Source of the DNA: Bacteroidaceae bacterium
Lineage (GTDB): Bacteria; Bacteroidota; Bacteroidia; Bacteroidales; Bacteroidaceae
Reading direction: 5' to 3'
DNA length: 64,000 nucleotides
Assembly (NCBI GenBank): GCA_017462065.1
Contig: JAFTRV010000067.1
Coordinates: forward strand, 3,237-67,236
Positions 27,514 through 37,589 of the stretch are shown piece after piece. A program made the position numbers and the translations under genes. Under the pieces are notes generated by a model. The model searched no databases. It saw only the letters and a list, made by a program, of their open reading frames with translations, and was not told where the DNA came from. Numbering within the stretch: the first letter of the stretch is position 1; every line of letters begins with the position of its first letter.

Positions 27514-28509
27514 TTAGCCCCTATTATATATCTTTGTCAAGTTTTTCTTCGTCTCCAACGGCCGGCGCAGAATCATCTTGAACCAAAAGGCCTTGAGGAA
27601 ACCAGTACCGTAGCCTGTTATCTGCACTGCAGCCGCCACAACCGACAGCAAGGCGACCTTCGGGCTCCTGTTCTTTATGAGAGAGTCGCCGAAGATAAGC
27701 AGCATATAAGCCAACGGAAGCAACAGCAGCCAGGGATAGAAAACAGACGCCGCAAGCAAGGCCACGCCCAGGACAAGCAGCAATGCCGGTGCCGTATGCA
27801 CCGCCTTGAGCGACCCCGGGTGGATTAGCTGCAGCCATATTCTCGCCTGCCCGAAATTATTGACCTGCCTGAAGAAACGCCGCATGTCGATTCTGCGTTT
27901 ATGATACACGAAGACGTCACGGATAAGACGTATCTTGAAACCGGCGTTGCGTATGCGTATGCTCAGGTCGATATCCTCGCCCATCATATCCTTGAAGTCG
28001 CCCACGGTCTCATAGACCTTTTTCGAAAGCCCCATATTGAACGTGCGGGGACAGAACTTCTCCATTACCGCCTTGCCGCCTCTGATGCCCCCCGTTGTCC
28101 AGAACGATGTCATGGCATGGCTCACCGCCTTTTGCATGTCCGAGAAGGAGCTGTCGGCGGCGTCGGGACCGCCGAAGCAGTCGCAGTATTCGGCGTTCAT
28201 GGCGGCCTCGAGCCTTTCGAAGTAAAAAGGCGGCAGAATTACATCGGAGTCAAAGAAGAGCAGATAGTCGCCGCCGGCACGCTGCATGCCGTAGTTGCGG
28301 GTGTCGCTCCTGCCCGAGTTCTCTTTGTAATAGTAATGGATATCAAACAAAGAACGGTAGTGACCAAGCAAATGGTCACACCGTTCTTTTGATCCGTCTT
28401 CTATAATCACCAGCTCAAATGGCTTCACCGTCTGAGCGGCCAGGCTGTCGAGCAACTCTTTTATCTCGTCGGGCCTGTTAAATACCGGGACAATTATAGA
28501 GTATAACAA
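27514..28509 (-). CDS. Family 2 glycosyltransferase with C-terminal TM segments
   Basis: SIIVPVFNRPDE, and the DGS and DSD motifs. Confidence 0.8.
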   Translation of the reverse strand: MLYSIIVPVFNRPDEIKELLDSLAAQTVKPFELVIIEDGSKERCDHLLGHYRSLFDIHYYYKENSGRSDTRNYGMQRAGGDYLLFFDSDVILPPFYFERLEAAMNAEYCDCFGGPDAADSSFSDMQKAVSHAMTSFWTTGGIRGGKAVMEKFCPRTFNMGLSKKVYETVGDFKDMMGEDIDLSIRIRNAGFKIRLIRDVFVYHKRRIDMRRFFRQVNNFGQARIWLQLIHPGSLKAVHTAPALLLVLGVALLAASVFYPWLLLLPLAYMLLIFGDSLIKNRSPKVALLSVVAAAVQITGYGTGFLKAFWFKMILRRPLETKKNLTKIYNRG

Positions 28510-28520
28510 GTCTTTGTCAA

Positions 28521-29087
28521 TTATGCTTTTACACGACCTACATATGAGCCGTCACGGGTATCAACCTCAACAAGCTCGCCTTCGTTGATGAAGAGAGGCA
28601 CACGAATCTCTGCGCCGGTCTCCAATGTAGCGGGCTTTGTAGCGTTTGTAGCTGTATCGCCCTTGAGGCCCGGCTCTGTATAAGTGATTGCGAGAGTAAC
28701 CTTTACAGGCATGTCAGCGAAAAGGATTGTCTCGGTTGAAGCGTCCGTAACGACCTCGAGTATCATGCCTTCCTTCATGTAAGCGACGCCGTTGATTTGG
28801 TCAGCAGCGATGTTTACCTGCTCGTATGTCTCCTGATTCATGAAGATGTAGTCGCTGCCCTCCTGGTAGAGATACTGGTAAGGACGACGCTCAACACGAA
28901 CGTCTTCCAACTTCTCGCCGATATTGAAGCGGCGCTCCAACACGTAGCCGTCTACAACGTCCTTGAGCTTTGTACGCATGAAAGTGTTGCCCTTACCCGG
29001 CTTAACATGCAAAAAGTCTATACAAAAATACAACTTGCCGTCCATGCGGATAGCAGTACCAATTTTAATGTCTTGAGCATTAATCAT
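28521..29087 (-). CDS. efp: Elongation factor P
   Basis: FLHVKPGKGNTFMRTKLKDV, a typical EF-P motif. Confidence 0.95.
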   Translation of the reverse strand: MINAQDIKIGTAIRMDGKLYFCIDFLHVKPGKGNTFMRTKLKDVVDGYVLERRFNIGEKLEDVRVERRPYQYLYQEGSDYIFMNQETYEQVNIAADQINGVAYMKEGMILEVVTDASTETILFADMPVKVTLAITYTEPGLKGDTATNATKPATLETGAEIRVPLFINEGELVEVDTRDGSYVGRVKA

Positions 29088-29116
29088 AACTATATTCTAT
29101 TTTTTGTTAATATTGT

Positions 29117-29314
29117 TTTTTCGCAACAGAGTTGCAAAGATAGTGCAAACGAGCGAGATACATAAAGCTTGCTTTAATGCATTTCAAAGCGAGTGCAGCC
29201 TATTTTCGCAATTGAATTGCAAAGATAGTGCAAACGAGCGAGATACATAAAGCTTGCTTTAATGCATTTCAAAGCGAGCGCAGCCTATTTTCGCAATTGA
29301 ATTGCAAAGATAGC
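29117..29314. repeat. 85-bp tandem direct repeat (2 full copies plus partial copies at both ends) carrying three minus-strand -7 boxes
   Basis: The copies at 29132-29216 and 29217-29301 differ at one position (T 29194 versus C 29279). A third copy starts at 29302. CAAAGATA (reverse complement TATCTTTG) occurs at 29135, 29220 and 29305. Confidence 0.9.
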
Positions 29315-29503
29315 AAAAAAAACGTAACGGCGAACAGTTTAGGCACATAATATTATTAAATAGAAATTTAACATATAATTAACATATATTTCCATAATAA
29401 GATTAAACTTTTCACTTTTCAGCTACTCTAATTTTTATTACTTTTGCAAATTGCGTATAAGCGACACGGCATACAGACTAAAAAATAAAAAAAAACATAC
29501 AAA

Positions 29504-30577
29504 ATGAACAAAAAACTCAAATGGGGCCTTGTAGCCATTCTTATCATCGCTACAGGCGTATTCGGTTACTTCAAGCTTCTGCCGCACCAGAACGAAGAGC
29601 TTGCGAAGGTGGAGACAAAGCCTACAAGCAGTAAAAAAACTTTAAGCGTGAATGCAAAAGTTCTCAAGCCGCATCTCCTGACCGACGAAATTCCCGTAGT
29701 GGGCAGCCTTGTTCCAGCCGAGGAGGTGCAACTCTCATTCGAGAGTTCAGGAAAAATCACCGATATTTTCTTTGAGGAGGGCACCTTTGTCGAGAAGGGC
29801 ACGTTGCTTGCGAAAATCAACGATTCGCAGCTGCAGGCACAGTTGAAACGCCTCGAGGCTCAGATTCCGCTTGCCGAAGACAGGGTTTACCGTCAGAACG
29901 CCCTGTTGCAGAAAGACGCTGTCAGCAAGGAGGCTCTTGAGATTGTAAAGACCGAGCTTGCGGCGCTGAACGCCGATATCGAGAAGATAAAGGCGCAGAT
30001 TGAGATGACCGAGCTGCGCGCGCCGTTCAACGGAGTGATAGGCTTGCGTCAGGTAAGCGTTGGAGCATACGCCTCTCCCTCGACAGTCATTGCGAAGCTG
30101 ACATCAATGTCGCCTATCAAAATCGAGTTCTCGGTAGCCGAGAGATACGCAACGGAGGTGAAGAAAGGCAGCAACCTTGAGTTCAAGGTCAATGGCAACC
30201 TGAACACGTTCAAGGCTAAGGTTTACGCCACAGAGTCATCGCTCGAGGCCGAGACACGCTCGTTGCTTGTCCGTGCTTTGCACGACAACAAGGACGGAGA
30301 GCTCATCCCGGGGCAGTACGCCGATATCCGCTTGAAGCAGAAGGAGGTGCACGACGCCATCGCCATTCCGTCAGAGGCCATTGTCCCCGAAATGGGAAAG
30401 AACAAAGTATTCGTATACCGCAACGGACAAGCCGACCCTGTTGATGTAGTCATAGGAATACGCACCGACAGTGAAGTACAGATACTCGCCGGCCTTCAGG
30501 AGGGCGACACCATTTTGACCTCCGGCACGCTGCAGCTGCGCAAAGGCTCGGCCGTAAAGATTGCAACACTCGAATAA
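29504..30577 (+). CDS. RND efflux periplasmic adaptor (MFP/HlyD family)
   Basis: N-terminal anchor, coiled-coil hairpin and beta-barrel regions. It immediately precedes the RND pump gene. Confidence 0.85.
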   Translation: MNKKLKWGLVAILIIATGVFGYFKLLPHQNEELAKVETKPTSSKKTLSVNAKVLKPHLLTDEIPVVGSLVPAEEVQLSFESSGKITDIFFEEGTFVEKGTLLAKINDSQLQAQLKRLEAQIPLAEDRVYRQNALLQKDAVSKEALEIVKTELAALNADIEKIKAQIEMTELRAPFNGVIGLRQVSVGAYASPSTVIAKLTSMSPIKIEFSVAERYATEVKKGSNLEFKVNGNLNTFKAKVYATESSLEAETRSLLVRALHDNKDGELIPGQYADIRLKQKEVHDAIAIPSEAIVPEMGKNKVFVYRNGQADPVDVVIGIRTDSEVQILAGLQEGDTILTSGTLQLRKGSAVKIATLE

Positions 30578-30599
30578 CGCACCTTAAAAGAGAAGAAAG

Positions 30600-33500
30600 A
30601 TGAATATCTCGGAACTCAGTATCCGCAGGCCCGTACTTGCGACGGTGCTTACAATTATAATCGTACTCTTTGGACTTATCGGTTACAACACCCTCGGCGT
30701 GCGTGAGTACCCGTCGGTAGACAACCCTATAATATCGGTTACCTGCAGCTATGCGGGAGCCAACGCCGATGTCATTGAGAACCAGATAACAGAGCCTCTT
30801 GAACAGAACATCAACGGCATCCCCGGCATTCGCTCCCTTTCGAGCGTCAGCCAGCAGGGACAATGCCGAATAACAGTAGAGTTCGAGCTCTCGGTGGACC
30901 TTGAGACCGCCGCCAACGACGTGCGCGACAAGGTTTCACGCGCACAGAGATACCTGCCTCGCGACTGCGACCCTCCTACCGTGTCAAAGGCCGACGCCGA
31001 TGCGACGCCTATTCTTATGGTCGCCATACAGAGCGACAAGCGCTCGTTGCTTGAGCTCAGCGAGATTGCCGACCTTACCGTAAAGGAGCAGCTGCAGACA
31101 ATCCCCGACGTGAGCAGCGTCCAGATATGGGGAGAGAAGAGATACTCAATGAGAATATGGCTCGACCCTGTCAAGATGTCGGCCTATGGCATTACACCCG
31201 TAGACATCAAGAATGCGGTGACGAGCGAGAACGTCGAGCTGCCGTCGGGAAGCATAGAGGGCAACACCATGGAGCTGACATTGCGTACTATGGGACAGAT
31301 GCACACGGCCAAAGAGTTCAACAACATCATTCTTAAGGAGAAGAACGGACAGGTGGTGCGTATCAGCGATATCGGCTATGCCGAGCTGGGCCCCGCCGAC
31401 CTCAAGAGCTACATGAAGATGAACGGAGTGCCTATGGTCGGCGCCGTTGTCGTTCCGCAGCCCGGAGCCAACCACATTGAGATTGCCGACGCCGTTTACG
31501 AGCGTATGGAGACAATGAAGAAGGACCTGCCCGACGACATCACTTATTCATACGGCTTCGACAGCACAAAATTCATTCGTGCTTCAATCGATGAAGTAAA
31601 AAGCACGGTATACGAAGCCTTTGTCCTTGTTATCATTATCATATTCCTATTCCTGCGCGACTGGCGCGTGACGCTCATTCCGTGCATCGTTATTCCGGTG
31701 TCGCTTATCGGAGCGTTCTTCGTGATGTACATCGCAGGCTTCTCGATAAACGTGCTTACAATGCTCGCCGTAGTGCTCTCGGTAGGACTTGTGGTCGATG
31801 ACGCCATAGTGATGACCGAGAACATATACATTCGCATCGAGCAGGGCATGCGTCCTTTCAAGGCCGGCATAGAGGGCTCAAAGGAGATTTTCTTTGCCGT
31901 GATTTCGACGACCGTAACGCTTGTTGCGGTGTTCATGCCTATCGTGTTCATGGAGGGAATGAGCGGACGCCTGTTCCGTGAATTCAGCTTCGTAGTTGCA
32001 GGCTCGGTAATCATCTCCTCTTTTGCGGCGCTCACCTTCACCCCGATGCTCGCCACGAAGATCCTGAAACGTCGTAAGGAGCAGAACTGGTTCTACCGCA
32101 AGACAGAGCCGTTCTTCGTGGGGCTGAACAACATATACCATAAATCTCTTGTGGTGTTCCTCAAGAGAAGGTGGATAGCAATACCGCTAACCGTGGCGAC
32201 ATTCGTGCTTATCGGCTGGCTATGGGGCGAGATTCCGTCGGAGATGGCGCCGCTTGAGGACCGTTCGCAGATAACGATTGTCACAAGAGGCGCCGAAGGC
32301 GTAAGCTATGAATACATGCGTGACTACACCGAAGACATAACGATGCTTGTTGATTCCATTATCCCCGATGCGGAATCGGTGACCTCACGTGTATCGAGCG
32401 GAAGCGGAAACATCAGAATATCGCTTAAGGACATCAGCGAGCGTGACTACACGCAGATGGAAGCCGCAAGCAAGCTTACCGCGGCTCTCAGCACAAAGAC
32501 AAAGGCGCGCTCTTTCGTTCAGCAGCAGTCATCGTTCGGCGGACGAAGAGGAAGCATGCCTGTGCAGTATGTCATTCAGGCCGTAAGCATTGAAAAGCTG
32601 CAGGAGGTACTGCCGGAGTTCCTGCAAAGAGTGCATGACAACCCGACATTCCGCATGGCAGACGTCGATTTGAAGTTCAGCAGCCCTGAGGTACGCGTGA
32701 ACATCAACCGAGACAAAGCCGGAACTATGGGTGCGAGCGTGCGTGACATTGCCGAGACGTTGCAGTACGGCCTGAGCGGACAGCGCATGGGATACTTCTA
32801 CATGAACGGCAAGCAGTACGAAATTATCGGCCAAGTAAACCGCCAGCAACGCAACACCCCTACAAACATCAAGGCGATATATATACGAAGCGATAAGGGA
32901 GAGATGATACCTCTTGACAACCTTGTCGAGTTCGTGGAGTCGGTGACGCCGCCCAAGCTCTACCACTACAACCGCTTCCTGTCGGCGACAGTGTCTGCCG
33001 GACTTGCCGACGGCAAGACTATCGGCGACGGACTCGACGAGATGGACAAGATTGCCGAAGAGGTGCTTGACGAGACATTCCGCACGGCGCTGACAGGCGA
33101 CTCCAAGGAGTTCCGCGAGAGCTCTTCGAGCCTTATGTTCGCTCTCATCCTGGCGCTTGTGCTTATATACCTTATTCTTGCCGCTCAGTTCGAAAGTTTC
33201 AAGGACCCTGTAATCATCATGCTCACCGTGCCGTTGGCTATTGCCGGCGCACTCATTTTCATGAGCCTGAACGACATCACAATGAACCTGTTCAGCCAGA
33301 TTGGCATAATCATGCTCATAGGACTTGTGGCCAAGAACGGCATTCTGATCGTTGAGTTCGCCAACCAGAAACAGGAGAGCGGAGAGAGCAAGATAGACGC
33401 TATAACCAACGCTTCGTTGCAGCGTCTGCGTCCTATCCTTATGACAAGCATCTCGACAATACTCGGACTTGTCCCGCTTATATTCGCCACAGGCGAAGGC

Positions 33501-33632
33501 GCTAACCAGCGTATCGCTATGGGTACTGCCGTTGTCGGCGGAATGCTATTCTCGACATTCCTGACAATGTATATCGTACCGGCAATATACAGTTACATTT
33601 CAACAGAACGCATTAAGAAAGAGGATATATGA
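30600..33632 (+). CDS. RND efflux pump permease (AcrB/HAE1 family)
   Basis: 1010 aa. MNISELSIRRPVLATV start and a 12-TM AcrB-like layout. Confidence 0.9.
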   Translation: MNISELSIRRPVLATVLTIIIVLFGLIGYNTLGVREYPSVDNPIISVTCSYAGANADVIENQITEPLEQNINGIPGIRSLSSVSQQGQCRITVEFELSVDLETAANDVRDKVSRAQRYLPRDCDPPTVSKADADATPILMVAIQSDKRSLLELSEIADLTVKEQLQTIPDVSSVQIWGEKRYSMRIWLDPVKMSAYGITPVDIKNAVTSENVELPSGSIEGNTMELTLRTMGQMHTAKEFNNIILKEKNGQVVRISDIGYAELGPADLKSYMKMNGVPMVGAVVVPQPGANHIEIADAVYERMETMKKDLPDDITYSYGFDSTKFIRASIDEVKSTVYEAFVLVIIIIFLFLRDWRVTLIPCIVIPVSLIGAFFVMYIAGFSINVLTMLAVVLSVGLVVDDAIVMTENIYIRIEQGMRPFKAGIEGSKEIFFAVISTTVTLVAVFMPIVFMEGMSGRLFREFSFVVAGSVIISSFAALTFTPMLATKILKRRKEQNWFYRKTEPFFVGLNNIYHKSLVVFLKRRWIAIPLTVATFVLIGWLWGEIPSEMAPLEDRSQITIVTRGAEGVSYEYMRDYTEDITMLVDSIIPDAESVTSRVSSGSGNIRISLKDISERDYTQMEAASKLTAALSTKTKARSFVQQQSSFGGRRGSMPVQYVIQAVSIEKLQEVLPEFLQRVHDNPTFRMADVDLKFSSPEVRVNINRDKAGTMGASVRDIAETLQYGLSGQRMGYFYMNGKQYEIIGQVNRQQRNTPTNIKAIYIRSDKGEMIPLDNLVEFVESVTPPKLYHYNRFLSATVSAGLADGKTIGDGLDEMDKIAEEVLDETFRTALTGDSKEFRESSSSLMFALILALVLIYLILAAQFESFKDPVIIMLTVPLAIAGALIFMSLNDITMNLFSQIGIIMLIGLVAKNGILIVEFANQKQESGESKIDAITNASLQRLRPILMTSISTILGLVPLIFATGEGANQRIAMGTAVVGGMLFSTFLTMYIVPAIYSYISTERIKKEDI

Positions 33633-34945
33633 AACGACTCGCAATTATCATACTTGCCTTAGCCGGCATTCTTACAGGAGCCGACGCTCAGGTCTACACG
33701 CTCGGCAAATGCATCGAGATAGGCCTTGAGAACAACTACTCGCTGCGCATATCACGCAACAAGGAGCAGATAGCTCACAACAACGCCACTGTTGCCAATG
33801 CGGGCTTCTTGCCTACGCTCGACCTCAACGCCGGATACAACGCCCTGCTCAACAGCAATAACTCCGAGGTGCGGGAAACGGGCGAGATACAGAAAAACCG
33901 CAACATTTTCGACCAGAACGTGACTGCCGGCATTGACCTTAACTGGACCATTTTCGACGGCTTTAACATAAGCGCCGATTACAAGCAGCTCAAGGTCCTT
34001 GAGACAATGGGAGAGACAAACACCCGTATTGCGCTCGAGGACTTCATTGCCGGGCTTGCCGCTGAGTATTACAACTTCATTCAGCAGAGGCTGCGTCTTA
34101 ACAACTACCACAATGCCGTACAGCTGTCTAAGGAACGCCTGCGTATTGTGGAGGAGCGGTACAATATCGGTAACTTCTCACGCCTTGACTACCAGCAGGC
34201 AAAGGTAGACTTCAATGCCGACAGCGCTCAGTACATGAAGCAGCAGGAGGTTGTCATCACTTCACGCATAGCGTTGAACGAGATGATGGCGATAGACCAG
34301 GTTTACACCCCGATAGAGACGACCGAGAGAGAGATTGCCATAAACGACACTCTCGACTTCACCGACCTGTGGAACTGCACTCTTGGCAACAACGCATCGT
34401 TGCTGCTTGCCGAGCAGAGCAACACTATCGCCAAGCTCGACTACAAGAAGGTAATGTCACGCAACTATCCCTATGTAAAGCTCAATGCCGGGTACGACTA
34501 CGGATTCAACCAATACGGCAACAACAGCTTCGTTCACCGCAACAACTGGGGAGGCAATGCCGGCATAACCATTGGTTTCAACCTCTTCAACGGCAACCGC
34601 AGAAGAGAGATTCGCAATGCCAAGATTGAGATTGAGAACGTGAAGCTAATGCGTGACCAGCTTGAGCTGTCGCTGAAAGCGGACTTAGGCAACTTGTGGC
34701 AGGCATACCAGAACAACCTTCAGCTTCTGAACCTTGAAAGGCTGAATGTCGTTACTGCAAGAGAGAACCATGAGATTGCCAAAGAGCGCTACATGCTCGG
34801 CGACCTGTCGGGCATTGAGATGCGTGAGGCGCAGCAGAGCCTTCTCGACGCCGAGGAGCGTCTGCTCTCCGTCGAATACTCCACCAAGCTCTGCGAGATT
34901 TCACTAATGCAGATAAGCGGCAAGATAACCGACCTCATTGACTGA
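33629..34945 (+). CDS. TolC-family outer membrane factor of the RND system
   Basis: 4-nt overlap with the pump gene. Signal peptide and OEP repeats. Confidence 0.85.
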   Translation: MKRLAIIILALAGILTGADAQVYTLGKCIEIGLENNYSLRISRNKEQIAHNNATVANAGFLPTLDLNAGYNALLNSNNSEVRETGEIQKNRNIFDQNVTAGIDLNWTIFDGFNISADYKQLKVLETMGETNTRIALEDFIAGLAAEYYNFIQQRLRLNNYHNAVQLSKERLRIVEERYNIGNFSRLDYQQAKVDFNADSAQYMKQQEVVITSRIALNEMMAIDQVYTPIETTEREIAINDTLDFTDLWNCTLGNNASLLLAEQSNTIAKLDYKKVMSRNYPYVKLNAGYDYGFNQYGNNSFVHRNNWGGNAGITIGFNLFNGNRRREIRNAKIEIENVKLMRDQLELSLKADLGNLWQAYQNNLQLLNLERLNVVTARENHEIAKERYMLGDLSGIEMREAQQSLLDAEERLLSVEYSTKLCEISLMQISGKITDLID

Positions 34946-34977
34946 AAAGAGAGTACAAAGCAAGCCACTCGTTACAC

Positions 34978-37446
34978 ATGATAAAAAGGATACTGTACAG
35001 TCTGTTGCTTATTATGCCGATATGCCTGAAAGCGCAGGTTGCCGGCACGATAAACGGCACTATTATCGACAATGACAGCGGCGAGCCGTTGAGCTTCGTC
35101 ACGGTCGCCCTCATTCCTAAAGGGGCCACTGCGCCCGTCGCCGGTTGCAGCAGCGACGACGAGGGCAAGTTCTCGCTGCCTAACCCCAAGAAGGGAGAAT
35201 ACGCCATGCAATTCTCCTATGTGGGCTACCTCAGCGACAGCCGCAGCGTAAGCGTCACCGCCGAGGGCAAGAGCGTCAATATCGGTGTCATAAAGCTCAA
35301 GACCGACAAGAAGATTCTCAAAGAGGTCGTCGTTACGGAACAACGCTCGCAGATGAGCTTCGAGATAGACAAGCGCATCTTCACCGTAGACCAGAGCATA
35401 GCCTTGACAGGCGGGTCGGCGAGCGACGTGCTGGCAGACATTCCCTCGGTCGAGGTAGACACTGAAGGCACCGTGTCGCTGCGAGGGAGCGAGAGCGTCA
35501 CGGTGTGGATAAACGGCAAGGCAAGCGGGCTTACGGGCGACAATCAGGGCGACATTCTGCAACAGCTGCCGGCCGGTTCCATCGAAAAGATTGAGGTAAT
35601 AACCAACCCGTCGGCGAAGCACTCGCCCGAGGGCACGGCAGGCATCATAAACATCATTCTGAAACGTGACCGCAAAGCCGGCTATTACGGCAGCGCTCAG
35701 GCCGGCGCCGACACGAACGGCGGCTTCAACGGCGGAGCGAACTTCAATTACAGCAGCGGCGCTGTAGACGCTTACGCCAACCTCAACTACCGCAACATGC
35801 GTTTCAAGAACAAGGGCGAGACATACGCCGAATATTACGATTCCCGGAGCTACCTGAGCCAGAAGAGCGGCGGCACGCACAACCCGAGCAACCTTTTTGC
35901 GCGCGCCGGCCTCACATGGCGAATGACACGCAAGGATGAACTGTACGTAAACCTCATGGGAACGTTCGGCGACAGAAAGAACAAGAGCCGCATTGACGCC
36001 GAAAACGGCATTCTGGGCAACGGCGCAGTGAACGCCATGACAGAAAAATTCACACGCACCACCAACCAGCACGGCAAGCCGTTGATGTACAACGCAGAAT
36101 TAGGCTACACACACCGCTGGAGCGACACCCATTTCCTGGACCTTTCTGTAGGGCACCATGTATGGCAACAGGACAACAACAACGTTTTTGAGCAGGAGAA
36201 CATTTTCCTTGCCACGGCCGACACCGCACGCAGCTATCAGTTTCAGAGCAACAATATCAAGAATTCCAATTCAAGCATAAAGCTCGACTACGAATATAAG
36301 ATAAACGACAACCACCGCATTGAGGCTGGCTACAAGGGCGACTTTGCCAACGACAAGAGCAGAGTGAACACATACAGGGACAAGGAACATACTGCCGTAG
36401 AGAGCAAGTTGTATAATGACTTCAACTACCGCCAGCAGACACACGCCCTGTATGGGACATATTCCGGCAGAATAAAGCGTTTCGGGTTCCAGCTCGGGCT
36501 TCGTGGCGAATACTGGAACGTAAAGACAAGAACAATAGACTGGGAGAAGAAGGAGAGCGGCGTTGAAGCGCCGTACACTAACAAGAACTTCTTCAAGCTC
36601 TTTCCGAGCGCATTCATAAGCTATGAGATTGGAGACGGGCACGAGATACAGGCAAATTACACCCGTCGCCTTCGCCGTCCCTGGGGCGGACAGCTCAACA
36701 GCTTCAAGAACATAAACGACTCTACGAACATTTCATACGGAAACCCCGAACTGACTCCGGAGTACTCTAACGCATTCGAGCTGAACTACATAAAGAACTG
36801 GAAAGACCACACCCTTTCCCTCTCGGCATACTACCGCACGACCGACGACGTGATTGAGCGTATCAGCTACAACGAGGGCCGCATCATATATACGACCCAC
36901 GAGAATGTGTCGCAGACGCAATCGGCCGGACTCGAAATCACAGGCAAGAACAGACTGTTCAAGGTGCTTGACATAACGACAAGCGTAAACCTCTTCTACT
37001 ACAAGCTCGACGCATTCGAGTATATGATTGCAGGGCACAAGATTACCGGCAAGGCAAGCGAGAACTTCTCGTGGAACGCCCGCCTTACCGCAAGCGCAAT
37101 GCTTCCCTGGGGCATAACAATGCAGGTGACAGGACGCTACAACGCAAAACGCATTGTGGCTCAAGGCTACCGTGAGCCAAGCTACATGCTCGACATCGGG
37201 CTCCGCAAATCATTCGACAACCATTGGAGCCTGAGCCTCAACGCCCGTGACCTTCTCGATTCAAGAGGCCGCCATTCAGTCACGAGCAACGACAGCTTCT
37301 ACCGTGACTCCAAGAACTCGCACGGCGGACGCACATTCGGCTTCACCCTTACATACAGCTTTGGAAACATGAAAGCGAAAATGCCTAAACGCAAGCAACA
37401 GGAGATACCGAGCAGCGGGTATGACGACTACGGAGGAGACATATGA
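34978..37446 (+). CDS. TonB-dependent receptor-like outer membrane beta-barrel protein with CarboxypepD_reg domain
   Basis: GTIIDNDSGEPLSFVTVAL ... DEGKFSL (carboxypeptidase regulatory-like), a plug region, and a long barrel. Confidence 0.8.
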   Translation: MIKRILYSLLLIMPICLKAQVAGTINGTIIDNDSGEPLSFVTVALIPKGATAPVAGCSSDDEGKFSLPNPKKGEYAMQFSYVGYLSDSRSVSVTAEGKSVNIGVIKLKTDKKILKEVVVTEQRSQMSFEIDKRIFTVDQSIALTGGSASDVLADIPSVEVDTEGTVSLRGSESVTVWINGKASGLTGDNQGDILQQLPAGSIEKIEVITNPSAKHSPEGTAGIINIILKRDRKAGYYGSAQAGADTNGGFNGGANFNYSSGAVDAYANLNYRNMRFKNKGETYAEYYDSRSYLSQKSGGTHNPSNLFARAGLTWRMTRKDELYVNLMGTFGDRKNKSRIDAENGILGNGAVNAMTEKFTRTTNQHGKPLMYNAELGYTHRWSDTHFLDLSVGHHVWQQDNNNVFEQENIFLATADTARSYQFQSNNIKNSNSSIKLDYEYKINDNHRIEAGYKGDFANDKSRVNTYRDKEHTAVESKLYNDFNYRQQTHALYGTYSGRIKRFGFQLGLRGEYWNVKTRTIDWEKKESGVEAPYTNKNFFKLFPSAFISYEIGDGHEIQANYTRRLRRPWGGQLNSFKNINDSTNISYGNPELTPEYSNAFELNYIKNWKDHTLSLSAYYRTTDDVIERISYNEGRIIYTTHENVSQTQSAGLEITGKNRLFKVLDITTSVNLFYYKLDAFEYMIAGHKITGKASENFSWNARLTASAMLPWGITMQVTGRYNAKRIVAQGYREPSYMLDIGLRKSFDNHWSLSLNARDLLDSRGRHSVTSNDSFYRDSKNSHGGRTFGFTLTYSFGNMKAKMPKRKQQEIPSSGYDDYGGDI

Positions 37447-37482
37447 TTGAAGGCGGTGCCGCGGCACCGCCTTCAATCATAT
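37441..37482. terminator. 42-nt perfect palindrome overlapping the stop codon of the upstream gene
   Basis: ATATGATTGAAGGCGGTGCCG|CGGCACCGCCTTCAATCATAT. Confidence 0.6.
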
Positions 37483-37589
37483 GTCCACCCTTTTCTGTTT
37501 ACCCCTCTTTTTTTGTGTGAAAATATTTTTTCGTTTCATAAATGTTTAAGAAATTTGACCCGGACAAACAACTAACAACTAACCATAAC

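Noticed and set aside
34972-36072. 366-aa minus-strand ORF
   Set aside because: It is antisense to the TonB-dependent receptor-like gene, low-complexity (Ala/Val/Arg-rich), and has no start context or motifs. It is a shadow ORF. The same reasoning applies to 38382-39515 (antisense to korA), 23548-24369 (antisense to the CCA-enzyme gene), 59532-60038, 61401-61907 and 48993-49616.
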